This document shows, one piece after another, positions 20,231-30,833 of a stretch of DNA of 64,000 nt (position 1 is its first letter; the number at the start of each line of letters is the position of its first letter). Below the pieces are notes generated by a model. The model ran no database searches. It was not told where the DNA came from and saw only the letters and a list, made by a program, of their open reading frames with translations. The stretch lies in contig OZ242311.1 of assembly GCA_965207885.1 (NCBI GenBank), positions 896,001 through 960,000 of the forward strand. Direction: 5' to 3'. This DNA comes from Candidatus Latescibacterota bacterium. Lineage in GTDB: Bacteria; Latescibacterota; UBA2968. The position numbers were made by a program, and so were the translations under genes.

Positions 20231-21226
20231 TCAGGACCGGGGAGAATGCCGTTTAATACGGCAGGTTGACCTGTCTGTGTCCCGCACAGGCAGGTCTTCG
20301 GGGTTTAAGAATTGGCTTATTTTTGCTATGCCTTCAATGCCGCGCAAACACACGTTGATACCCGCCACTCGATTGGCAAAACGACTGGCAAAGGCGCGGT
20401 TGCCCGTTTGCAAGAAGGCCCAGGTATATCCCATTAAAAAGGTGTCGCCACATCCGGTTTCGTCGCAGGGTTCAGCTATGGGCGCAGGGCCGAACGGGTC
20501 GATTACAATGTCTGAGCGGTCATTTTGAAAAATTGTTTCAGAACCGCGGTTGCTGCGCGTGATCATCAATACTGAAGGTCCCGCGCACAATACTTGTTTT
20601 GCAAAACGGCGTGTTGCGTCTTTGCTGTCCAGTGTTTCGTCGGCGAGTAAAGCGCCTTCTTGCTCATTCATTTGTACGACATCCACGCATCCCATCCATT
20701 TTTTCCACTGCGAGGGTACGCGCCAGAATCGACGGCGTTTTTCATCCATGCCCAGGGTTAAACTGTGGACATCCATCAATAGCAAACCGGTGGCGAAACG
20801 ACGCACGCGTTGCGCGGTTTCGAGTGCGAGTTCCATTCCGGTGATAAAATTAAAGCATATCGCGTCGCAGTCTAAAAATGGTTTAATTTGTGAAAAAGAG
20901 ATTTGCGGGACATCGTTGTGCAGGGTTTCGCGTTTGCGCCCGTTTGCGTCGTAATCCAAAAAGCAATGGGGGTTTTTGCCCGATACAAATCGGATGCCGT
21001 CGAATTTGACGTGCGGATATGGCGCGAGTTTTTTGCGCACTACGGCTTCCATGTCTGCGCCTACATTGCAGATGGGGTAAATCGCTACCTGAGAAGACGC
21101 GATCTCAGCCAGTGCCAGGATGCTGTACAACAAACCGCCGTAGCTTTCGGTTGTCACGCCATCGGCGGTGTGAATCGTGTCGCGGTTAATCGTGCCAAGC
21201 AACGCAATGCGCAGCTCTTGATTCAT
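20231..21226 (-). CDS. PfkB family carbohydrate kinase
   Basis: N-term GG motif; QMNEQE; DETGCGDTF signature. Confidence 0.85.
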   Translation of the reverse strand: MNQELRIALLGTINRDTIHTADGVTTESYGGLLYSILALAEIASSQVAIYPICNVGADMEAVVRKKLAPYPHVKFDGIRFVSGKNPHCFLDYDANGRKRETLHNDVPQISFSQIKPFLDCDAICFNFITGMELALETAQRVRRFATGLLLMDVHSLTLGMDEKRRRFWRVPSQWKKWMGCVDVVQMNEQEGALLADETLDSKDATRRFAKQVLCAGPSVLMITRSNRGSETIFQNDRSDIVIDPFGPAPIAEPCDETGCGDTFLMGYTWAFLQTGNRAFASRFANRVAGINVCLRGIEGIAKISQFLNPEDLPVRDTDRSTCRIKRHSPRS

Positions 21227-21333
21227 CAGTCAGTTTCCGGGTAATGGTGAAAAAGATCATCCGCATAAGAATGCCGAATCAATCTACCATAATACAATAG
21301 GGGTGTCAACTATTAGCGGTCATCAGGTAGCAG

Positions 21334-23427
21334 TTATCCCGCTTCTACAATTTGCATGTCGTGGCGTGCGGTTGCGTCTAATTCTCGTCTTAAGATAGTG
21401 TGCGCGGTCAAATTTGGGTCGTGGGATAGGAGTGTCTGCGCTTCTCGGCGTGCGGCGGTGATTAAGGCGCCGTCGCGGGCGAGGTCGGCAAAGTGAAATT
21501 TGGGGAAGCCAGCTTGTTGTGTGCCAAAAATATGTCCGGGTCCCCGGATGCACAAGTCGGCTTCTGATATTTCAAATCCGTCCGTTGTTCGCGCCATGGC
21601 GTCGAGGCGTTCACGCGCGTCATCCGATAGCCCTTCCTGGGGATCTGCGATTAAAATACAGTAGGATTGATGTTGACCGCGGCCCACGCGCCCGCGCAAT
21701 TGGTGCAATTGCGATAGTCCAAAGCGCTCGGCGTGTTCGACCATCATGACTGTGGCATTGGGTACATCGACGCCGACTTCTATGACTGTTGTCGTGACCA
21801 ATACATCCAGGTCGCCGCGCCTGAAGGCAGACATTGTGGTTTCTTTTTTGTCGCGTTTTAGCCGTCCGTGCAGCAAGCCCAGTTGGAAGTTGGAGAGTGC
21901 GCCCTGTTGCAGGTCTTCAAAGGCGGCAGTGGCGGCTTGCAGGTCGCTTTTTTCGGATTCGGATACGAGTGGATAGACGATATATGCCTGATGTCCTTGT
22001 TGCAGTTCGCTGCGGAGAAATTGCAGTGCGCGGTCGCGGTCCTGTGCATAACGCCATCCCGTGCGTACAGGGATGCGACCGGGCGGCAGGGCTTCGATGA
22101 TGGTGACATCCAGATCGCCGTACAGGGTTAGAGATAGGGATCTGGGTATGGGGGTGGCGGTCATGACCAGGAGATGGGGCGCATTGCCTTTTTCGCGCAA
22201 CATGGCGCGCTGGACCACGCCAAAGCGATGTTGCTCATCGACGACGATGAGTGCGAGGTCGGTAAATGCAATGTCGTTTTGCAATAGGGCATGTGTGCCG
22301 ACTGCTATTTTTATTTTTCCAGAACGCAATCCGTCCAGTACTCTGGTGCGTTGTGCCTTTGGCATGCGTCCTGTTACCAGTGCTATGTCTAAGCCCAATG
22401 GTGCGACGAGTTCCCGAATGGTGTGGGCGTGTTGCTCGGCGAGGATCTCTGTGGGTGCCATTAAGGCGGCCTGCGCGCCGCTGTCTGTGGCACACAACAT
22501 GGCATGGAGGGCGACGAGAGTTTTGCCGGATCCCACATCGCCCTGTAACAGGCGATGCATGGCTATGGGGCACTGTAAGTCATGGCCGATTTCTGCAATG
22601 GCATGTGCTTGTGCGTGTGTGAGTTCAAAGGGCAAATGCGCTACGAGTTGTTGCGTCAGGGGGCCGCTGGATGTCAGTACGCGTCCGGGCGTGCTTTGGC
22701 GCAGCTTTTTTGCTTGTCCCAGATAAAGCTGGATATAGAAGATTTCGTCAAATGATAGGCGTTGCCGCGCAGTGTCTATGTCCGCTGTTGTGTCTGGGAA
22801 ATGGATTTTTTCAATTGCGTCTCTAAGGCGCATCAGGCCACAGCGTTTGCGTATGTTTTCGTCCAATGGGTCTTCGATCTGATCTCCAACAGCTTGTAGC
22901 GCGGCGAATAACAGGCGGCGGAGTGCGCGGGCTGTGAGGCGGTCTGCTTTCATTTTTGATGTGGTCGAGTACAGGGGGATGATGCGTCCGGTGTGTAGCC
23001 GCTGATTGTCGTCTTCTTCGTTTGCCAGAACTTCTATTTCGGGGTGTACTATTTGCAGGGTGCGCCCGAATCGCGTCAGTTTTCCCCCGAGTGCCACGAT
23101 GTCGCCCGCGCGGTATGCATTTTTGAGGTATTGAATGCCTCCAAACCAGGTGCAGGCGACCGATCCGGTCTGGTCTTCGACTGTCATGACGAAGCGCCGA
23201 CGCTTGCCGGGGATTGTCTGCATGCTCACGATTTCACCGACTGCGGTGACTTCCCGATCCAGCGGCAGGTGTGCGATTCCGACTTCGGTGGATCGATCTA
23301 TGTACCGATAGGGCAAATACAATAGCAGATCGCCCACGGTGGCGATGCCGGCGTTTTCCAATACTTTTTCGCGTTTTGGTCCAATGCCCGGCAGTGTTCG
23401 CAAGGGCTGGTTTAAGTTTGAGAGCAT
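21334..23427 (-). CDS. recG: ATP-dependent DNA helicase RecG
   Basis: LLQGDVGSGKT, DEQHRFG, MTATPIPRSL, QLRGRVGRG. Confidence 0.97.
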   Translation of the reverse strand: MLSNLNQPLRTLPGIGPKREKVLENAGIATVGDLLLYLPYRYIDRSTEVGIAHLPLDREVTAVGEIVSMQTIPGKRRRFVMTVEDQTGSVACTWFGGIQYLKNAYRAGDIVALGGKLTRFGRTLQIVHPEIEVLANEEDDNQRLHTGRIIPLYSTTSKMKADRLTARALRRLLFAALQAVGDQIEDPLDENIRKRCGLMRLRDAIEKIHFPDTTADIDTARQRLSFDEIFYIQLYLGQAKKLRQSTPGRVLTSSGPLTQQLVAHLPFELTHAQAHAIAEIGHDLQCPIAMHRLLQGDVGSGKTLVALHAMLCATDSGAQAALMAPTEILAEQHAHTIRELVAPLGLDIALVTGRMPKAQRTRVLDGLRSGKIKIAVGTHALLQNDIAFTDLALIVVDEQHRFGVVQRAMLREKGNAPHLLVMTATPIPRSLSLTLYGDLDVTIIEALPPGRIPVRTGWRYAQDRDRALQFLRSELQQGHQAYIVYPLVSESEKSDLQAATAAFEDLQQGALSNFQLGLLHGRLKRDKKETTMSAFRRGDLDVLVTTTVIEVGVDVPNATVMMVEHAERFGLSQLHQLRGRVGRGQHQSYCILIADPQEGLSDDARERLDAMARTTDGFEISEADLCIRGPGHIFGTQQAGFPKFHFADLARDGALITAARREAQTLLSHDPNLTAHTILRRELDATARHDMQIVEAG

Positions 23428-23433
23428 ATTGTT

Positions 23434-23820
23434 CTATTTTTCTTCTTCGCTGTCGCCTTCCTCGTCGTCTTTCTGTTTTTTGCGCTTGTCTTTAAATGCT
23501 TTAATTTTTTCTATTACATCGGGTGCGTATTTGAGCAGGTCGGCAATGGACATGCTTTTGTCTTCTATGGGTAGAAGCTGTGCTTTGCCTTTTTGTATGA
23601 CGATGAATGCCACGGGTTGTACAGAGCCGCCTCCACCCGTGCCACTGCTGCCGTCGTCTTTTTCGCTTTGTCCACCGCCTGCGCCAAATCCAAAGGATAT
23701 TTTGGATACGGGTATGATGGTGATGTCGCCCGCAATTACAGGCTCGCCTACTACGGTTTCGGTTTTTACGATTTCACGTAGTTCATTTAACATCGTTCGC
23801 ACCATGTCTTCAATGGCCAT
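23434..23820 (-). CDS. GerW/YtfJ family protein
   Basis: TVVGEP, IIPVSKISFGFGAGGG, GGGSVQPVAF; GGGAGG RBS. Confidence 0.9.
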   Translation of the reverse strand: MAIEDMVRTMLNELREIVKTETVVGEPVIAGDITIIPVSKISFGFGAGGGQSEKDDGSSGTGGGGSVQPVAFIVIQKGKAQLLPIEDKSMSIADLLKYAPDVIEKIKAFKDKRKKQKDDEEGDSEEEK

Positions 23821-23867
23821 ATTTCCTCCCTAAGAAGTAAAGTCATAATAATCATTAGAAAAACTTC

Positions 23868-23947
23868 CTGGATCGCGGCTTAAACCATGCCGCGATGACA
23901 ATCGCTATTCCTGTCGTCACGCCTGCAGGTCTTAAGCAGGCGTCCAG
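23868..23947. repeat. Back-to-back REP doublet (minus copy 23868-23899; plus stem-variant copy 23916-23947)
   Basis: CTGGATCGCGGCTTAAACCATGCCGCGATGAC, 16-nt spacer, GTCACGCCTGCAGGTCTTAAGCAGGCGTCCAG. Confidence 0.85.
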
Positions 23948-23968
23948 GGCGGGGAGTTGTTTGAATTC

Positions 23969-24727
23969 TTAATTCGCATTCATAGCAGTTAAGGGGATTT
24001 TGCGCCTGTTTTTGCGTTCTGTCCACCAGATTTTTGCGCGCCAGAGTCCGCCGCGCACAGCAAGGGCGAGTGCGGCAAATATCAAACGGTGAAGATAAAT
24101 GGAGAGCCGCAGGGATCCCGATCCGGCAAAGCGCGGCTGGATAAAGTCAGGGGTGATTGAGATGCGGATGCGTTTGCCAAAGATGCGCTTGAACGCTTCT
24201 ACATATCCAAATAGACGCCCGGTGAAAGCGGGGTCGTCCGTTCCCAGTTCCAGATTCAATTCGAGGTGCCGAAATGCGATTGTTTTTGATAGGCGCTTCA
24301 TAAATCGCGTCAGAATGGGACGCACATCCGCGGCGTAGTCCAGGTATTGTTTTGTTTTCGCGTGCAGGGTTTGCAAACGCGACCAGTAGGAGGGTTTCGT
24401 TGTTGGGTATGATTTTTTAGGTCTTTCCCGTTTTGGTTTGGTGGTGGTATCTCTTTCGGGGTCTGTTGTTGCTGATGGCGGTTTTTCCCCGGGTCGCCAC
24501 GCGGTCCAGCGTCCGATAACGACGCGTAGTTGCATTCCCTTTTTGTCGATGTCGCAAATAATACCACATAGCCCGGCACAACCGCGCGCGAAGCCGGATA
24601 TACTGTAGTCATTTTCGCGGTAGTATCCCGTTGCACCTGCGCGGATTGGCAAGAATATGAAGAGTGCCAGAATTGCGAGGGGGATACCCAGTAAAAGGCC
24701 AATGGCGATGAGGATTGATGTGAGCAT
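23969..24727 (-). CDS. DUF2953 (YtfI-like) membrane protein
   Basis: N-term TM; ELGTDDPAFTGRLFG and ITPDF motifs; canonical pairing with YtfJ. Confidence 0.8.
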   Translation of the reverse strand: MLTSILIAIGLLLGIPLAILALFIFLPIRAGATGYYRENDYSISGFARGCAGLCGIICDIDKKGMQLRVVIGRWTAWRPGEKPPSATTDPERDTTTKPKRERPKKSYPTTKPSYWSRLQTLHAKTKQYLDYAADVRPILTRFMKRLSKTIAFRHLELNLELGTDDPAFTGRLFGYVEAFKRIFGKRIRISITPDFIQPRFAGSGSLRLSIYLHRLIFAALALAVRGGLWRAKIWWTERKNRRKIPLTAMNAN

Positions 24728-24852
24728 TTTCAAAATAGGGTAAAAATGAGTGTTAAAGTCAAGCAGTTTTGCCTATGCACTTGACACGGTGGCGCGTAGA
24801 TTGCAATATTTGGCGGTAGATAGTTATGTAAACGCGATGCACAGGAGTATTT

Positions 24853-26697
24853 ATGACGATATACCAGCAGATCGAGAACTGGGCAGCAGAGAACAGGCTT
24901 TCTGCCGCGGCATTTCAAGGACTTTCGCAATGGCTTATTGATCCAGAGTTTGCCGATTTTGTACCGGAAATTCAATTGCTTATTGAAGATGAAGATATAG
25001 ATGAGATTGAGGATGCTTTTCGCACCCATATCGAGTTTGGTACGGGCGGTATTCGGGGCAAGATGGGGCCGGGTCCCAATCGAATCAATTTGAGGACGAT
25101 TGGAGAAGCGGCGCAGGGTTTGGCGCAATATATACTCAAGTCGGGTATTGAGGATGCCAGAGATATGGGTGTGGTGATTGCGTACGATACGCGGAACAAT
25201 TCGGATGTTTTTGCGCGGGAGACGGCTGCGATTATTGCGGGTAATGGTATTGTTGCGCGTCTGTTTGGTGGTCCCCGCGCAACGCCTCATCTTTCTTTTG
25301 CGCTTCGCCAGACGGGTGCTGTTGCTGGTGTGGTTATTAGCGCGAGTCACAATCCGCCTTCGGATAATGGTTTTAAGGCGTGCTGGATTGATGGCGGGCA
25401 GGTGGTTCCGCCGCACGATAAGAATATTATTGCCGAGGTTGGTGCTGTTAAGCGTCTCGATAGAATTGACTATGCGGACGGGGTGGATCGGGAGTTGATT
25501 GAGGTGCTCGATGAGAAGCTCGACGCACAATATGTTGAAAAGCTGGTTGATCTTTCCCTTTGCGATGCCCGCGATATAAGTGTTGTATATACGCCATTAC
25601 ACGGTGTTGGTTCAACGAGTGTTGTGCCCGCGCTTCAGAATCTGGGGTATTCCCATTTGCGCGTTGTTGAGGCGCAAGATGTTCCGGATGGCAATTTTCC
25701 TACGGTGGCAGGGGGTGTGGCAAATCCCGAAGATCCGGGTGCGCTTTCTCTGGCTATTGAAGAGGCAAGGCGGGTTCGGGCTGATGTTGTTCTGGCGAGC
25801 GATCCAGATGCCGATCGTCTGGGTTGTGCGCTACCCGATCTGCAGAAGGGTTGGGATGCCGCTCCCGATAATCTCGCGATTAATGGCAATCAGATCGGCG
25901 CTATTTTGTGTTATTATATTTTGACTTCGCTCAGGGAGCAGGATAAATTGCCCGATAGGGGAATTGTGTGTAAGACGATTGTTACGACAGATCTCATTAG
26001 TCTTATTGCGAGGGATTTTGGTCTGATATCTGTTGATAACCTCCTCGTTGGGTTCAAATATATTGGCGATGTGATTAATAATTTGTCAGGTGATGAGACT
26101 TTTGTGTTTGGGACGGAAGAGAGCCACGGTTATTTGTTTACCGATTTTGTGCGCGATAAAGATGCCGCTGTTGCTGCGGTTTTGCTCGCGGAGTGCGCTG
26201 CCCAACTCAAGAGGCAAGGTCGTACGTTGAGGGATTATCTGGATGATATTTATCGCGCGTTCGGATATTTTTCCGAGGTGCAGAAATCGACGTATCGAGA
26301 AGGCGCGCAGGGCAATGAGGAGATTGCCCAGATTATGAATGGTCTGCGCCAGGATCCGCCTGCTGAAATTGGTGGATACAAGGTGGTTGAGGTTATTGAT
26401 CGCCAAACGAATACTGTGCATAATGTTCAGGCGGGTTCTACGCGCACGATTCAGGGTGCTATGGGCAATGTTCTCGCGTTTACCTTGTCGGAGAAAGGGC
26501 ACACGCGGGTAACTGCTCGGCCTTCTGGTACAGAACCCAAGATCAAGTATTATGTTTCGGCGACTTCGGCTGATTGCGCAGATCTGGCTGGGGATGATTT
26601 GGAGCAGATAAGACAAAATGTCGATCAGTTCGCTCAGGAGATTGTCAATGGGATGCTTGTTTCAGCAGAGTGCGCGCTGGAAGCGGTGACATCATGA
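24853..26697 (+). CDS. Phospho-sugar mutase (PGM/PMM family)
   Basis: FGTGGIRG, SASHNP, DPDADR, GFKYI, EESHG, RPSGTEPKIK. Confidence 0.95.
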   Translation: MTIYQQIENWAAENRLSAAAFQGLSQWLIDPEFADFVPEIQLLIEDEDIDEIEDAFRTHIEFGTGGIRGKMGPGPNRINLRTIGEAAQGLAQYILKSGIEDARDMGVVIAYDTRNNSDVFARETAAIIAGNGIVARLFGGPRATPHLSFALRQTGAVAGVVISASHNPPSDNGFKACWIDGGQVVPPHDKNIIAEVGAVKRLDRIDYADGVDRELIEVLDEKLDAQYVEKLVDLSLCDARDISVVYTPLHGVGSTSVVPALQNLGYSHLRVVEAQDVPDGNFPTVAGGVANPEDPGALSLAIEEARRVRADVVLASDPDADRLGCALPDLQKGWDAAPDNLAINGNQIGAILCYYILTSLREQDKLPDRGIVCKTIVTTDLISLIARDFGLISVDNLLVGFKYIGDVINNLSGDETFVFGTEESHGYLFTDFVRDKDAAVAAVLLAECAAQLKRQGRTLRDYLDDIYRAFGYFSEVQKSTYREGAQGNEEIAQIMNGLRQDPPAEIGGYKVVEVIDRQTNTVHNVQAGSTRTIQGAMGNVLAFTLSEKGHTRVTARPSGTEPKIKYYVSATSADCADLAGDDLEQIRQNVDQFAQEIVNGMLVSAECALEAVTS

Positions 26698-28190
26698 CCC
26701 AATCGACAGATACAGGTATTAACCGAAATTTGACGAGCTACGGCGATCCGGAATTTAGCAAGTATATTCGCAGGGCTTTTCTCGCTGCTGCGGGATATGA
26801 TGGCGAGGATGTGGATCGTCCCGTTATTGGGATTGCTTCGACGGCTTCTGATTATAATCCCTGCCATGGACATATGCCGGATTTGATCGAGGCGGTTAAA
26901 CGCGGGGTTTTTGAAGGTGGTGGTCTGCCGTTTGTTTTTCCCACGATTTCGCTGAATGAGATTTTCTTTTCGCCTACGACGATGCTTTTTCGGAATCTGC
27001 TGTCTATGGAGACCGAGGAGCTGATTACGGCTCAACCTATGGATGCTGTGGTGCTGATGGGGGGGTGCGATAAGACTGTGCCAGCGCAATTGATGGCTGC
27101 TGCTTCGGCAAATATTCCCGCTGTTCAGGTCGTGTCTGGTGCGATGCGAACCGGTTCGTGGCAAGGCGAGAGGTTGGGTGCGTGTACAGATTGTCGCCGT
27201 TATTGGGCGCAATATCGCGCTGGGGAACTGAGCGATCGGCAGATCGAAGGTGTGACGCAGTCGCTTTGCAGTACGCCGGGGACCTGTATGGTTATGGGGA
27301 CTGCTTCGACGATGGCGAGTGTGGTGGAGACCCTCGGTTTGATGGTTTCTGGCGGTGCGACACCGCTTTCGGGTACGGGAGATCGCTTGCGCGTGGGTGT
27401 GCGGTCTGGACGCATGGCCGTTGCTCTTGCTCGTGCGGGACGCCGACCCGTACAATTGCTCACGCGGGCGTCTTTTCTCAATGCGCTTGCGGTGCTCCAC
27501 GCGCTGGGTGGTTCTACGAATGCGATTGTGCATCTTCTGGCGATTGCGCGGCGGGCGGGGACCGCGCTGACTCTGGAAGATATGCACGAGGTGTCGCAAC
27601 GGGTGCCTTTGCTCGTGGATTGCAAGCCCGCAGGTGTGGGTTATATGGAGGATTTTCACGAGGCGGGTGGTGTTCCCGCGTTGCTCAAGGCATTGGCGTC
27701 TTTGCTGGATTGTTCTGTGCCGACGATTACGGGGCAAGCACTGGGCGATTATTTGAAGACGGTTCAACCTCCTCAGTCCTGGCAAAGTACTATTCGCACG
27801 CTGGACAATCCCCTTGGTGCTACGGGCGCATTGATTGTGATTCGCGGGAATCTGGCGCCGGATGGGGCTGTGCTCAAGGTTGCTGCGGCGTCTCCCGAAT
27901 TGCTGGCGCATCGGGGTCCCGCGGTTGTTTTTGATTCTGCTGAGGATGCGTCTGCGCGGATTGATGATCCTTCTCTCAATATTACGCCCAATCATGTGAT
28001 GATTTTGCGGAATGCCGGTCCCGTGGGAGATGGGTTCCCGGAGGCGGGGTCTTTGCCTATTCCCAAATATCTGGCGCAAAAAGGGGTCAAAGATATGGTG
28101 CGGATTTCCGATGCGCGTATGAGTGGGACGTCTTATGGTACGGTGGTGTTGCACTGTTCTCCCGAGGCGGCGACAGGGGGACCTCTTGCT
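26694..28190 (+). pseudogene. Dihydroxy-acid dehydratase (IlvD/Edd family), 3'-truncated
   Basis: NPCH, GCDKT, GTCMVMGTAS, GGSTN, DARMSGT, HCSPEAATGGPLA; family-like sequence stops after GGPLA and the frame runs into unrelated sequence until 28544. Confidence 0.75.
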
Positions 28191-28192
28191 TT

Positions 28193-30388
28193 TTGTTTCG
28201 GATGGCAGAGGGTGAAGAATTTCGCATTCCCATCCGCGAGCGTTTTGAAATTGCACATTTATCCGATGGTGGTGCGCCCTTTGTCGCACTTCCGGACCAG
28301 AACGACCGGTTATTGCCGCGTTACGAAGGGAGATGGGCGGATATGGGGCGACGTCAGACCGAGGTGTCGCGCGGCACGTCCCGCGGTTATTTTTTGTGGG
28401 CCTGGGAGAATCCTCTGCCGGATCGCACGGTTGAGTCGCTGGAGATTATCCCGGGTGGTCCGCGTTTTATTATCGCGGGTGTTACGCTTTCGCATCTCGA
28501 AGAGCATCCTTTTGTGCGACACGGGAAGCGGGAAGCGCGCCTGATTCTGACCCATCCAGAAGATGCGGAAAAACCGTTTGACCTCAGCGTGGAGGTGGAT
28601 CGGGGGACGGCAACTTATGTGCATCCACTGCCCGAAGCGTCTGCCGATGATTTTGTCAATGATGATTTCGCCGGTTGGGGAGAGGCGCAGAATCCCAAAT
28701 CGAGTCCGGCTTATGTCGAGGTCGCTGCCACGCCTTCGGCTACGATGACGGTGAAGCAGGGCGAGGAAAAGGTGGGCGAGGTCAAGTGGGGTGATGTCGA
28801 GGAGAAGAAGGTGGTCGAGACCCCGCGAATGCGCGTGGAACTCCTGGATCGGGGGCGGAACTGGGTTCACGTCACTGTTCTCGATGACGATACGGGCAAG
28901 CCCATCCCTTGCCGCGTCCACTTCCGCTCGCCGGAGGGGATTCCCTATCAGCCTTACGGGCATCACAATCAAGTCAATTCCAATCTCGATAGCTGGCATG
29001 TTGATATCGGTGGCGATCTTCGGCTTGGACAAATCACTTATGCGTATATCGACGGTCGTTGCCAGGGGTGGCTGCCGCGCGGTGAGGTTATCGTGGATGT
29101 CGCCCGGGGGTTCGAGTATGAGCCGCTGCGGACGCGGGTGAAGATCCAACCGGGTCAACGCGAACTGACTTTGCGTCTCAAGCGGTGGATTCACATGAAC
29201 GAGGGGGGATGGTATAGCGGGGATTCGCACGTTCACTTCCTTTCGACGCAAGGCAGTCATACGGAGTCTCAGGGGGAGGATCTCAATATCGTTAATTTGC
29301 TCCCGTCGCAGTGGGGCAATCTTTTTACCAATACGGAGGATTTTACGGGCAGGCCGAGTATCTCGCAATATGGGAACAATATCGTCTATGTCGGTCAGGA
29401 GAATAGGCAGCATTTTCTGGGGCATCTCATTCTGTGGGGCCTCAAAGAGCCGGTGATGCCGTGGTGCAGTGATGGTCCCGGTGAGTCCGAACTGGGTGGT
29501 ACGCTGGAGATCACGATGAGCGATTGGGCGGATCAGTGTCATGCACAGGGTGGCTCGGTTATTATCCCGCATCTCCCGAATCCGAATGGGGAGCCTGCGG
29601 CGCTGATTGCCACTGGCCGCGTGGATGGCGTGGAGATGCTGCGTCATGCGCCGTTCAATCATCTGGAATACTATCGCTATCTCAACTGCGGTTACCGCTT
29701 GCCGCTGGTTGGCGGGACGGATAAGATGAGTAGCGATGTGCCCGTTGGTATTTACCGCACTTATGCCTATTTGCCCGATGAGGAATTTACCTACGATAAT
29801 TGGTGCAAAAGTGTATCGCAGGGTCGAACATTTCACAGCGGTGGTCCCATCATTCATCTCACTGCGGATGGACACCAGGTTGGCGATACGATGCAGTTGT
29901 CGGGGGCCGGTACGGTGGAGGTCGAAGCGTGGGCAGAGAGTATTTTTCCGATTCATACGCTCGAGATCGTTCAGGCAGGGCGCGTCGTTGCTTCGACGGA
30001 GGATAATAAAGGTGCGCGGCGATTGGAACTGAAAGCAAAGGTGAAGGTGGATGGGCATACCTGGATTGCCGCCCGATGTGCAGGTCCCAATTATACCAGT
30101 GTTCCCCATCACGATGGTTGGGGACGGGGGATTTTCGCCCATACTTCGCCGATTTACATCGCTTGCGGTGGCGAGTGGTGGATGTTCGATCTGGAAGCCG
30201 CCCAGTATATGCTGACGCTTATCGATGGCGATCTGGCGTACATCCGCCAAACCGCTGCCCGGCACGATCCCGGTACGGCGACTCACCATCACGGCGAGTT
30301 GGACCATCTCGCGTATCTGGAACGTCCCTTTGTCGAAGCCCGTGCAGCGATTCACCGAAGGATGCATCAGTTGGGGATACCGCATTGA
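28193..30388 (+). CDS. CehA/McbA-like PHP-fold metallohydrolase, apparently 5'-truncated
   Basis: GWYSGDSHVH, QENR, IIPH, GGTD, AHTSPIY; TTG start with no RBS, right at the junction. Confidence 0.75.
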   Translation: MFRMAEGEEFRIPIRERFEIAHLSDGGAPFVALPDQNDRLLPRYEGRWADMGRRQTEVSRGTSRGYFLWAWENPLPDRTVESLEIIPGGPRFIIAGVTLSHLEEHPFVRHGKREARLILTHPEDAEKPFDLSVEVDRGTATYVHPLPEASADDFVNDDFAGWGEAQNPKSSPAYVEVAATPSATMTVKQGEEKVGEVKWGDVEEKKVVETPRMRVELLDRGRNWVHVTVLDDDTGKPIPCRVHFRSPEGIPYQPYGHHNQVNSNLDSWHVDIGGDLRLGQITYAYIDGRCQGWLPRGEVIVDVARGFEYEPLRTRVKIQPGQRELTLRLKRWIHMNEGGWYSGDSHVHFLSTQGSHTESQGEDLNIVNLLPSQWGNLFTNTEDFTGRPSISQYGNNIVYVGQENRQHFLGHLILWGLKEPVMPWCSDGPGESELGGTLEITMSDWADQCHAQGGSVIIPHLPNPNGEPAALIATGRVDGVEMLRHAPFNHLEYYRYLNCGYRLPLVGGTDKMSSDVPVGIYRTYAYLPDEEFTYDNWCKSVSQGRTFHSGGPIIHLTADGHQVGDTMQLSGAGTVEVEAWAESIFPIHTLEIVQAGRVVASTEDNKGARRLELKAKVKVDGHTWIAARCAGPNYTSVPHHDGWGRGIFAHTSPIYIACGGEWWMFDLEAAQYMLTLIDGDLAYIRQTAARHDPGTATHHHGELDHLAYLERPFVEARAAIHRRMHQLGIPH

Positions 30389-30467
30389 TGTGGCAAGAAT
30401 TGTGAATGGTTTTTTTGCAAAAAAAAAGAAGGGTCCTTTTATTTTTGTTATAAGGAGATAGAATTAA

Positions 30468-30815
30468 ATGAATATAGATGTCAGGTGGGTGCGGAAAGAT
30501 GGGGTCTTAATTGTCGTGCTCAATGGTATTATCGACAGTAGCAGTGCCCCTCAATTGCAATGTGCCCTGGAATCTGGTATTGGTCCGGCAGATCATGCAT
30601 TGCTTCTGGACTTTGAGCAGGTATCTTTTCTCAGTAGTGCAGGGCTTCGGATTTTCCTGATATTTGCCAGGAGATTTAATGCACCGGGCAAACAATTTGG
30701 CGTTTGCGCCCTCTCTGATCCCATCCGCAATGTTATCACCATCAGTGGTTTTGATAAGTTCCTCAAGGTTTATAACTCTCAGACAGAGGCAGTCAACGCG
30801 TTTAAGAGCGGTTGA
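30468..30815 (+). CDS. STAS-domain anti-sigma factor antagonist
   Basis: GIIDSSSAP, DFEQVSFLSSAGLR, ISGF; TAAGGAG RBS. Confidence 0.9.
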   Translation: MNIDVRWVRKDGVLIVVLNGIIDSSSAPQLQCALESGIGPADHALLLDFEQVSFLSSAGLRIFLIFARRFNAPGKQFGVCALSDPIRNVITISGFDKFLKVYNSQTEAVNAFKSG

Positions 30816-30833
30816 GCTAAGGAGGATAGAGTT

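Noticed and set aside
28191-28544. C-terminal ~118 aa of the 624-aa IlvD ORF as a real domain, or a programmed -1 frameshift fusion
   Set aside because: It is an out-of-frame read of the metallohydrolase gene. Both partners appear truncated, which favours a deletion or mis-join over recoding
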